DNA from: Haliotis rubra
Lineage: Eukaryota
Reading direction: 5' to 3'
DNA: 64,000 nt
Assembly: GCF_003918875.1 (NCBI RefSeq)
Contig: NW_025766991.1
Location: 2,914,001-2,978,000, forward strand
Under the pieces are notes generated by a model, which saw only the letters and a program-made list of their open reading frames with translations, was not told the origin of the DNA and did no database searches. A program made the translations under genes and the position numbers. Shown piece by piece: positions 15,301 through 27,300 of this stretch. Numbering within the stretch: position 1 is the first letter of the stretch; every line of letters begins with the position of its first letter.

Positions 15301-18300
15301 CAAGTTTGGTGAAGAAATAGTGAATGGTTTTAGAGTTCTGCTCCGGAAAAGACAAATGTGCACGGACGGACGGACGCACACACGCACGCACGCCTGGACG
15401 GAGTCCATTTTAATACCCCCCGCAAAACGCGTTGCGGGGGATAATTAAACCAGTGGTCGATGGTGTGAGCAGGCATAGATCATTAACACCTGGACATTTC
15501 TACCACATTGAATGATATTTCATTAAAGCTTCAGTGACCAAAGCAATTCTCATATAAGATATGAAGTTGTACAAGAATCAGTACTGGGTCTACCAACTGA
15601 AAATGACTCTCATTATCATGACATAAGAAGCAAGGCATAGTTATTTACATTATTAAACATTATTGAAAATCACTTGTGGTAGAGATGGTGGCTTGCAAGT
15701 GCTTCATACTTTGATTCACAACAAGACTTGGATGTAGTCAGTGAATACAGGGAAGATTCAATAACCAACTCACCTGCAGATATGCAAACATTTTCTGTAG
15801 TTCTACAAGCGTTCCTTCATGCCTTGTATAGTCTGTCCTCTGCTGAAGGACACAAATACATAAATGCATACATTAAAAAACACACAGACAACGTATTCAT
15901 AGCATGCACAATGATCAATGCCATGGGGGCACCATGACACACATTACAAGACCTACGCCTCATCTTAGTGGGCTAATATGACAGGTATGGCACACTGACA
16001 TAGCTGGGTGTGGAATCAGATGACAACCATCCTTGTCAGCCTCCTGACAGAGATGGAGCTGAGCAGGTTCAGATCAAATTTGAGTATAATACGTCTTAGT
16101 ATTGCGGGCTTGATAAGGTTAATCTTCTTGTTTGTATGGACAAGATGTCTGACTTCAGCATCAGAAAGTCTGTGGTTTGAATCCTGTCATGGGATTCGAA
16201 CATTTATGGCCACTACACAGAGCCCAATCACTGGATTGTCTGGTCCAGACTTGATTATTTACAGACCGCCATCACATAGCTGGAATATTGCTGAGTGCGG
16301 CGTAAAACTAAACTCACTTGCTCACTCGCTCACAGAGAGCCCCAATGTAAGACAACATCAACACCACCAACCTTTGCCTGCAGCACGGACTGTCGAGCCT
16401 GTGGTATCATATACAGGTGCTGCATGCACGTCGCCATGTAGCAGGTGGCTCCCAGGTTGGTCAAGCCGACGTAGCCGCACTTGGAACGTCCGTCTTCATG
16501 AGGCCAGTAGTCCCAGGGGTAGGGGGTGTGGGAGTCTTTCGTATGTTGTGCTAGCATCTTGGAATGGAGGGCGGTGTAGTTGTCCACGCTGCCCTTCACC
16601 ATCTCCACCAGCAGATCGTATGCTGCAGACCGGGAAGCCTGACTCTTACATCGAGGCAGGTAGCGTTTGGTTGGTGAGGGCAGAGCAAACAGGCTGTCAA
16701 ATATCTCATCCAGAAGAGACTGAAACCAGATATCCTGTAAAATCACCAAGATGCATCATAACCTGTAACATTTTCTTACCCAAACTGGTCATCAGGAACA
16801 AAAAACAAAACCCCAAAAGAACAAAATTTGCCAAGTCTTCTTCATATCTTTAGCATTAGACAGACTTCAGCAGCGGACATTGAAAATTTACATACAAAAA
16901 TCCATGAATTAATTTAGTTTGGGAGATCAGAAAGCACATCAGTGTGCACTCACCTTGCCCTCTGATGATGTCTTGAATGGTGGGTTGTGCTTGAGCACCG
17001 CAGTAAGTAGATTGAGCAGACCAATCAAGCCATCGTCTTCTTCATATCCAACCCGAGTCTCCAAGTATGGACGCTCCATGATATGCTGGTAGGCCTCTTT
17101 TGCTAACGAGTTCAGATCCACACAGTTTTCCTGAAAGGCATATTTTCTCATTTCAGTCTAGTTGGACCTCTAACAAACACAGGTATACAGCATATTTTTC
17201 TAATTTAATAAAACCCAAATCATGTAGAGTAACATTATTACCAATTTTTGAAAACATGACACATAAACAGAAGTTACAAAATATGACAAAATATATCCAA
17301 GATGTTTTCTTATATGCATCACTGTCTCAGTTCTTGTAAGATATCTAAAAAATCAGTGACAATACAAGGACTTCAAGTCCATAAATCTGTGCTTGTTCTC
17401 GATCATGTCCAAATTGGTCTGGCTTGATCATGGCAGTGGTAATTCACCACTGACCCACTGAGTGTATTGAAAGACATTGCATGACATTCATGACTTACTG
17501 AACTGGCTTCCTCTTTGGAAATGCTGTCAACAAATCTGCACACGAGCCAGAAGTAGTCCCGACACCCTGGACCAAACGGTTCCTTTTCCTTACTGTCAAA
17601 CTGTCACAGAAAACCCAACATCAACCACAGCTCCATGCAGCAGACATTGATTCAGTCAATAACTCATGTCATCAATAGAAACATTTTCAACAATATCTAA
17701 GTGTCGCAGTTGGCAGTTTTCCAGCTATATGATGGCAGTCGTAAATAATCACGTCAGATAACCCAGTGACTGACAATCAAGAGGATTGATTTACACAACT
17801 GAGACATAATGACATGTGTCAGCGAGCCTGACCACCCACTTCCGTTAGTAGCCTCTTACGACAAGCATTGGTTGCTGAAGACCAATTCTAACACGGATAT
17901 TCACAGGTCATTTTGATTACAGCTATAGGGTTGTGTACCAAGTCTTATACAACCTTATTTTAGTCTTGCATTAGTAGCCTCTTACGACAAGCATGGGTTG
18001 CTGAAGACCAATTCTAACACGGATATTCACAGGTCATTTTGATTACAGCTATAGGGTTGTGTACCAAGTCTTATACAACCTTATTTTAGTCTTGCATTAG
18101 TAGCCTCTTACGACAAGCATGGGTTGCTGAAGACCAATTCTAACACGGATATTCACAGGTCATTTTGATTACAGCTATAGGGTTGTGTACCAAGTCTTAT
18201 ACAACCTTATTTTAGTCTTGCATAGAAGCAAGGTTTTCCACTATTGCCTTAACACCTCCTGTGAAAAACACTGACTTTAATAATGGCAAATTCATACCTG

Positions 18301-21300
18301 GTCCTCTACATGACAATTCAATTCAAAGCATAAACAGCTAGTCTTTGATTCAATTCACTAGTCAAGCTCAGTAATAATTCTGCTTGGTCAATTAAGCTGA
18401 GGTTATACCTATTTAAGCTCAGGTTATACCTATATAAGCTCAGGTTATAACTGTCATCATAATCTAAAATCTACAGAAAAGGAGCAAAGAGCTAATGTTT
18501 TGAGAAAGTAGAATCAAATGTTTTGGGCACCAATTTCAATAGACTACCCCATCTCTAACCCCAAGTAAACTCTTAAAGGCATATGTGAAATCTGAAATGT
18601 GGGAACAAGCCACTCAAAGAGCATACCTCAGTGTTCTTCTGTGGTTTAAACTCCAGCGCCACCTGTAGGAAGCTGAGGAGACTGGAGAGGATGGGGAGCA
18701 GGAAGCTGTAGCCTGGCTTGTTGTCCACTGTCTTCCCCAGTCGCAGGCGGTACAGGCCCATACAAGCTTCCTTACGTACGTATGGCTGAAACACCACCAG
18801 TTAGTTACCTACCTTGATCACTATCATATTCAGTTAAAGGTGAGGTTGAGGTAAAGGTGTTTAAAGCCACAACAATGTTCAAGCAGTAATACAATTTCCT
18901 GTAAATTATTGATTCTGGAGTGGTTAAACCAGCCTTATAGGCAATGTCTCCAACCATCACATGTGATCAACCCAGTCATCAAATCATTTAGTCTCCTCTA
19001 CTTCAGTTCTGACCACTGCTTCCGTGGTGTAGTGGTTAGAGCGCCCACCAGAGAGCGGAAGGTCGCAGGTTCGATCCCCGACCGCATCATACCAAAAGAC
19101 GTTAAAATATGGTACTTGTTGGTCCCTGCCTGGCGCTCGGTATTAATGGGTACAACAAGGACTGGTCGGCTGGGTCAGTATAATGTGTCTGAGTGGGGTA
19201 TTCCTGCTTCACTGCGGCATGGTATCTCAGTGGGCTAGCACTATAAAACCAGCTGAAGTCTGGGCTAGTACAAGCAGCCGCACATACACATATACACGCA
19301 TGCACGTCGTCATATGAGCAAAATATTCTAAGCACGACGTTAAACCAAATTTCACCTCACTTCATCTCACCTCAGTTCTGACCATGAATTGTCATATTGT
19401 TTCCAGGAAGAAACATACTTCTTCAATTACAGATCAAAAATAGTTGAAAACATGAATTAATGGGCTTGAAAAACAAAACCTAATGAGTAACAACACAAAC
19501 CTTGAGGCTGAAATTACAATCAATCAGCAAAACGACACAATAAGTCAAAACCCTATAGACAGTTCCTACCTCTGGAGCTTCCAGCGTGAGCCGTTTCAGC
19601 CATGCGTTGAAGTTGGTGGCGGTACACAGCAGTCCAGGTACCTCGTCACAGGAGTAGGCCAGGGAGATGAGGAAGGAGAGAGCACAGTGGACCACTGGGA
19701 AAGATTGATTGAGTTTAGTTTTACACCACTTTTAGCAATATTCTAGCAGGGGACACCAGAAATGGCCTTCACACATTGTGCCCATGTGGGGAATCGAACC
19801 CGGGTCTTCAGTGTGACGAAGCAAATGCTTTAACCACAGGCTATATGCAGAGACACAGAAAAGAGCACATCCATGTGATCTGGAGTATTTTTCTCAGGTT
19901 GAGGGAGTGTCTCATGTTAAATTCAGATTTAAGAGTGAGTGAGTGAGTTTAATTTTACACCGCTTTTAGCAAAATTCCAGCAATATCACGGCCGGGGACA
20001 CCAGAAATGGGCTTCACGCATTGTACCCATGTGGGGAATCGAACCAGGGTCTTCGGCGTGACAAGTGAACGCTTTAACCACTAGGCTACCCCACCACCCG
20101 TTAAGATATGGTATACAATCAGCAAAGTCACACATCCCCATCTCAATCAACTCTCACGATAAGCATAGGTGGAGAAAATCCATTTCTAAACTTCACTGGT
20201 CAGAAAGTGTGAAAGTATTTCAGGCTGTAGCATTAAACAACATTGCACAAATTCATCCTGAGTCTCTTAAGCTACAAATTGAAAATGTGAAACCCACTTC
20301 TGGTGTTCCCCGCCATGATAATGCTGGAATATTGCTGCGTAAAACAAAACTATCCAAACCTTTGGGTTAGAATAACATACAGTCACCAAGTCTGGCCTCT
20401 CGATCCTTTAAGTCACCTGTTTACAAATGTAAACTCATATATCTACAGATCAGCATATACCAACACTCACCTTCAGCCCTGCCCCAGGATCCAATGTACA
20501 GCTGATTTGTATCCCTGAAAAGTTAGGTAAAATGAACATCGGACTGACCTTTAAAACAAGTAAAGGCAACAAGAAGACAAAGTCATCAATGTCCCCCTCA
20601 ATGGCAAAATACTCTTCATGAATATATCTACGTTATGATTATGTCAAATGTTTTGGTGTGTATATGCAAAGTGGAAGGAGAGTATTGAAAGGTTTTTAAG
20701 TTCTGCTCCAGAATGGAGCATTACCACCAAATTCAGTTAAAGCCAAACTTGTTGCCATGGAAACACAAAAAAATATTTTATTCAGAATTCCAAAAACTAC
20801 CAAAAGGCACCGAGGAAGTACACCATCATTCATCGAAGTAATCTATGAAACCAAGTTTGGTGAAGAAATAGTGAGCAGTTTTAAAGTTCTGCTCCAGAAA
20901 ATAGTGAATGTGCACCGGCTCCAGAAAATACGAATGTGCGCAGCGATTTTAATACCCCTGCAAAATGCGTTGATGGGGATAATTATCAAGGAGAGAAAGA
21001 AACGAGTTCGGCAATGCTGAAGGCTCTTGGGTGCACGTACTAAAACATACAACCTAATCTTAATTAATCACAATGTAACTTTATGAGAACTTACTCAGGC
21101 AATGCAGCATCATACAGGATCTGCATGAGTATCTTCAACACAGTCTCTGTGTTCAGCATGTTGATGGTGGACTGCAGGTGAAAAACAGGCCATAAACAAC
21201 ATACCTTCTCAATATGTAAATTACCTATGACTATGAGTATATCATAACTTGCACGTGTATGACAAACAATGTTCTAACATCAAACAAGAGAATGTCCTGT

Positions 21301-24300
21301 TATGTATCGGTGTAAAGTATCCTCAAATTCAGCCCAAGTATATTTAGTTATTTTCTCCTCAAGAATGACAAATGAATGTAATGTTCTTCTCTGCGTTCAT
21401 ATTGCTTTGAAAACAATGGCACAACATTACAGTTTTCAAGCACTGTGCCATTAGATCATATAATTGTGCCCTTCTGTGTCATTAGTCTGTTCATCCTCAC
21501 CTGATTGAGTCTAGGAATGAAGATCTTCTCATGTGCTGACTTGGACTTTTTCACCTTCTTGCGGGGGACTCTCATACGTCTCTGACTGCTCTTCTGACCC
21601 AGTCTCAAGGTCTGCACGGTTTACGGCAAACTGACTGACCAGTCGAAGCAAGTAGGCCAGGCATTCCTGATTCCACTAGAGAACAAAATGGTTTGTTTTC
21701 TGTTTTTTTATCTTATTTTTTTATTCCATTTCAAGTTGCATGTACAGATAGAAGAGTGACATGTGTTGGCATTTACATCAAGTTAGTACAAAATTGCATA
21801 CACATATGAGGGTGTACATAAATAGATAAATAGGCGTTAGTTTGAAAACATTATTACTGTAGTGAACACAATAGTTTGAGGAAGTCAAACTGCATCTGTG
21901 CTAAATTAAAATGTCAGAATACCATATCGAAGTGTTGGATTTCCTAGTTAAGCAACTAAATTTATTAGTTTTCTTTGCAAGAAACCTTTTCGATACAGCA
22001 TATATAGTTAATCAACAAGTGTTCGCCACTGGTGTGGCAATGTCCCCAGCCGCTAAAAATTGGAATATCTATATTTACTACTTTTTATGTTTTGGTCACA
22101 TACAAAATGCCTGAAATGACTGGTGTCTGCATAATCACCCAATGTAGGCCGTCGACATACTTGAAAACATTGGGTGCAATGTTTTATGAGATATTGCGTT
22201 TAAATAAGTTTGAAAAGTGGTCAAAGTTAAGGTCAAGGTCACCCAAATCAACTGGTGTCTGCGTAATCCCCCCATGTAGTATGTCACCAAATTTGAAGAT
22301 ATTGGATACAACAGTGCATGAGATATCACGTTAACAACAGTTTGAAAAGTGTTCGAAGTATCGTGGTGACCTTGAAGATAAGGTCAAGGTCACCCAAATC
22401 TACTGGTGTCTGGGTAATCCCCTAATGTAGGCTGTCACCAAATTTGAAGACATTGGGTACAACAGTTCATGAGATATCATAAGAATCGGGACGTCATACA
22501 GACGCCGCTGAATACATAGTCCCCTGTTCCGTGTTGAGGCGGGGGACAATCAATTATAACAATGTCAGAAAAAGAAAAGGTCAACAAAGTTATTTTCTCC
22601 ATTTGACATATGAATAATACAATAAAGCCTCACATGTGAATACATCTGAACAGGGAAACCAGTGGTCACAAAACCTCTGAACATACATCAGGATTCTGAG
22701 TAAGAGATGTATCTCTTTAATGATGTTTCACTTTATTTATCATGAACTAATCACAAGCTCCAGATGATGGTAACATTGTGTGGTACCTGACTCCAGTTGT
22801 CTCCCTCTTTGGACTGAAGACTTCCGGAGATGAAGATGTTGAACAAGTGGCTCAGACCTCCCTTGGCAATAAACTGAAACAGAAAGTAGTAAGTTCAAGA
22901 CAAACTTCACATGACGTTCTTAATGCTGCATCAGCAGTTCGCAGCAACTTATGGCTGGGGAACCTAGTTATCCTCTCATGTCACCCAAATCCCTGAATTT
23001 TCATTTGGTTAAACACACGAAAATTGTGTCAACATCAAGAACAGGATGTCTGTAGTGTCACTTATAAGGGTTGGTAATGTGGGTAATTTAAAGATACCTA
23101 CCAACATTTAATCAAAGATTAGCCTTTCAGGGTAGGTAATCCAAACACAAAATCAACAAGACATTCTGGGACACTGGGGATGAGTTTCAAACCGATTTAC
23201 CATTTACTAGTTACAGATAACATACCTGAGAGCTCCAGAGATTTTCCGCTGTATCATGACTGCCTGATTCTGTGTCACCACCCGATAAGTATGCATCTCC
23301 ACCCCCTGACCGCATCTGCAACCAGGCAATGTGTGCAGTGCAATTCACATGTACATGTACACTGTATACATCATACATACTTGAACAACCCTAGCAAACC
23401 ACAATATGATTTTAAGTCCAAGCTAATATCTTTTCACAAAGTGAAACTAGTGGCATGATTTCTGTTAAACATTGTCCCTGACTATGGACCATTTGTATTA
23501 AAATTTACTAGCAAAGCAAATACCAGGGATAGCCAGTGAATGCAGAATTGACAATGCCATTAAATCACCTGAAACCACGAAGGTACTATCAAAGAAATCA
23601 ATTGCCAGCAGATACACACCAAATATCAAAGAAGTGTGTAAATATAGACACTAAGAATAATTGTGGCAATCTTTTCCAACATGTAAAAATATATTCATGC
23701 CTTGCCCAACCGAACATGGTTATCTTAGTGGTAATAACAAGGTGTTACCAGTGACTTGCGCCTGAGCTTCTGGCTGTGAGACAGGACTTCCACTATCTGG
23801 AGTGAGTAGTACAGCTTGTGGGGGCTGGAGGGGGGCAGCAGGTTGTTCCACGCCACTGTCAACTGGTCATCCCCACTCTCACCAGACTAAATACAAATCA
23901 ACAGTCCACATGAAAATATGTACAGCCAGCTTGTCATCGGTGAGGCAGAAAGGAACATTCTCCTCATAACTTGTGACCAAAGTATAATTCCATGCAATAT
24001 TTTTCAAGTATACTGATATTTTGATAGTCTAGAAATGAAAATACATTTCACAACAAACGCAAATGGGCAGGCACTAAAGGAAAACAGTAACATTGCTGAC
24101 AGTAGTTTGGAGGTGTGTTTTAGAAAAACCAGAAAACAGAACTATGTATTGATGCATTTTGAAATGATGCTACTGCAGTTTCTATATTCCCTGATGTACT
24201 CTACATCCTCATATGAACTTGGCCCAAGGCACATATTACTCACCCTCTCCATGATGAGACTCTTGAACCCATTGAGATGATTCGGACTGGTCGGGAGGAT

Positions 24301-27300
24301 CATCAGTAGTTCCCACACATTCCGAGACAGACGGCGCGACTCCGCCAAAAGACCAGCCCTTTCAAGTGGATCCTGGGACACAAGCCAACCAAATGAATAA
24401 AACTAGAGGACTTTTAATGAAAAGTTTATCAGGTGACTGCTGACACATTTCATTAGAAGGAGTATAATACAAGATGAAAGCCTATTTGATCTTGTAATTG
24501 TCACACTTCAGCAAGGAAAAACATCATCCAGCAATTACACAAATAAAAAAGTGTCACTCAGTGTTGCAAAAACTTATATACACTTACATATACTTATTTA
24601 AAACTAGATCTAAAGGCCTGCCAGTGCATTCTTTACTGGTTTCAAAGTCAGATTAACTTCAGATGTAATCACAAAATTTAGTCAGGTCATATGACTGTCT
24701 AGTGTTGGTGCTTGTACTATGTGATTGTCTATCAGACAGCTACAGGAGTAGTGATATGAAATACAATGGCCAACTGACCATGTCGGACAACTCCACATCA
24801 AGGTCGCCAAGTCTCTGTAGGAGCATGAAGAGGTTGTCAAAGTGAGGCTCCTGCAGCAGAAGCATCATGGGAAGTCTGTCCCGGAGCGGTGATGGGAGGC
24901 TGGAGGAAGGCAGGGATCCGTCCATCTTCCGCGGCTGGCGGCTGGCACCAACAGACACGAACACAAGCTGTGGATGTGACAACAGGAATTAGATGTAACA
25001 TGCCAGAGAAAATATAGAAAGAGACAGACACTGTAAATAGAGTTATCCATGCTAGCTGTGCAGTATTGTAACACTCAAAATCCCCATACAGTGAGTTGGG
25101 ATTACACCACTTTTAGCAATTCCAGCAATATAACGAGTAAGAGAGAATGGTATTATGTGGCTTTTAGCAATATTCCAGCATTATCACAGTGGAGGACACC
25201 AGAAATGATCTTCACACATTGTACCCATGTGGGGATTCGAGCCTATACATTTTGTGTGGTACCTTTTAACCACTCAGATACCCCATCACCCCAATCTTCA
25301 GACATGAACTTAATGACATTTATTTGTACATTGAAAAAAAATATGGGCTAGGATTTGTTTTTGCCTCATCATACACAGGAGTGCATTTTTTCTTTCTTGT
25401 TTAAGCCATATCACAACCGTAACACAAAAATGGTATCAAAGTTTAGATTATGTGAAGCAAAGATGTGTTCCATTATCTCCACTTCAAAAATTCACTTACA
25501 AGCAGTCTTCTTTATCTACCAACTGCTCAGTGACTAGTATTTGTGTTCCCACATTCTTTAGCCAGTCTATCACTTCGCCTGCACTTAACATAATTATAGT
25601 AACAATGATAGTTACATAAGTTTAACACCACAATTTGGATACCAAATCATTCAATATGGGCTGTGTTCTTTCTGACATTTGTGATAGTGCTTACATAAAA
25701 ACACAATTTAAAACAAACAACTGTGCTCCCGCACCTGCATGTTCTTGAACTGCATTTCCCCGAGTGTCTTCTCATCCATGTCGACCGTCAGCTCCTGCCC
25801 CTGTGTGATCATCCGGATTGGTCCGTCCCCAAGCATGGCACCAAGGATCGGGGACAGCACACCGTGAGCCCTCTGCCTGCTGACGCTGTAGCTGTTGTTG
25901 TTTCTGTAACGCCTCCCACCACCGTGCCACCTCGGCTCGTAGCTCGGCAACAAGGTCAGTGGTCATCATCTCTAGCTGGTTCTGTGCACAGATACACACA
26001 TAGATGTCTTTCTGTATCAGATCTACATGATCATTAAACACAATTCACTGACCCTCTTGTCATCTCTTAAACAATCAGAATACTGTCTAAGGCCATATCT
26101 GGAATTACCTTTTATTATATTCAGAGATCATTAATCAGAAGATAGTGGGTGAGTTTAGTTTTACGCTGCACTCAGCAATATTCCACCTATATGGTGGCGG
26201 TTTGTAAATAATCAAGTCTGGACCAGACAATCCAGTGATCAACAGCATGAGCATCAATCTACGTAATTGGGAACCGATGACAAGTGTCAACCAAGTCGGC
26301 GAGCCTGACCATAATCAGAAGATACTTATTTAGTCAGTCATTTCAGGCTGTAACATTTAGTGTTTGGCATCCTATAAAATCACTTTTATAATTACAATTT
26401 AACACATTTACGTGTTTACTGTATATCTCCTGACATATTTAGGGGAACTTAAAACTCAAAATCTCAAGTAATATTCAAGCTTAGGGACAGGTAAGTAACT
26501 GAGACTGTAATACAGTGACATCCATCAGGGCAGTCAGTGAGCCAGACCAGGCCATGATCTTGTTGGTCACCTCATACAACAAGTATGGGATGCTGAAGAC
26601 CAATTCTAACACAGATCTTCAAGGGGTTCTCCAAGGTCAGATCTCCTTACCTTCTCTGTCATGCCAGCTGGCTGCAGCAGCACACATATGGAGGTGCAGT
26701 GCTTCTCCATCCGATGCTGCTGATGGCTGGTAATGCCCTTGCCGTCAATCTGCCAGTTGCGCAGGTGGTAGGCATAGCGACGCCGGAAGGCTTCCAAGTG
26801 GTTCTTCAGAAGAGTCAGGCCCTGTTGGATAATCTGGAAACTCCCACATGTGTCCTGCAAGGGTGAGAAAAGCATGAGAAAAATTTGAAAAAAAAGTGAG
26901 ACAAGGGCGAAGGAAAGGTGACACGAGAAAGAAGGGTAAGACAAAGTGAAACAACTGTGAAAAAAGAATAAGACAGTAAGCGAGGCGCAGTGAGACAAGA
27001 GAGACATATGAGTGAGATAGGAGAGACACAAAAGTGAGACAAGAATGAGACAAGAGAGGAAAGCTAAAACATTTACCGCTTGGGCAGGAATTAATGAGCA
27101 AAGGTGTTGACAATCAATCAAATTCAGGCATCTAATCCATGATCATAGTACTGTCAGACAACCATGTCATGAATGTAAGCAATACTGAAAAGTGAATACA
27201 GGCATACAGGCAACCTGACTGGATCATACACACTTAGGGATGGTTCATAATTTATGGCTTTTTTTTTTTTTTTTTTTGAGAGAGAGAGAGAGAGAGAAGA

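Noticed and set aside
16008-16853. 281-aa plus-strand ORF
   Set aside because: Antisense to the USP34 Cys-box exon and runs through a SINE; no recognisable protein.
19011-19085. tRNA gene (also at 46797, 63273 and a degenerate tRNA-like stretch at 16130-16195)
   Set aside because: tRNA-like heads of SINEs continuing into SINE bodies, mostly with TSDs; no complete cloverleaf.
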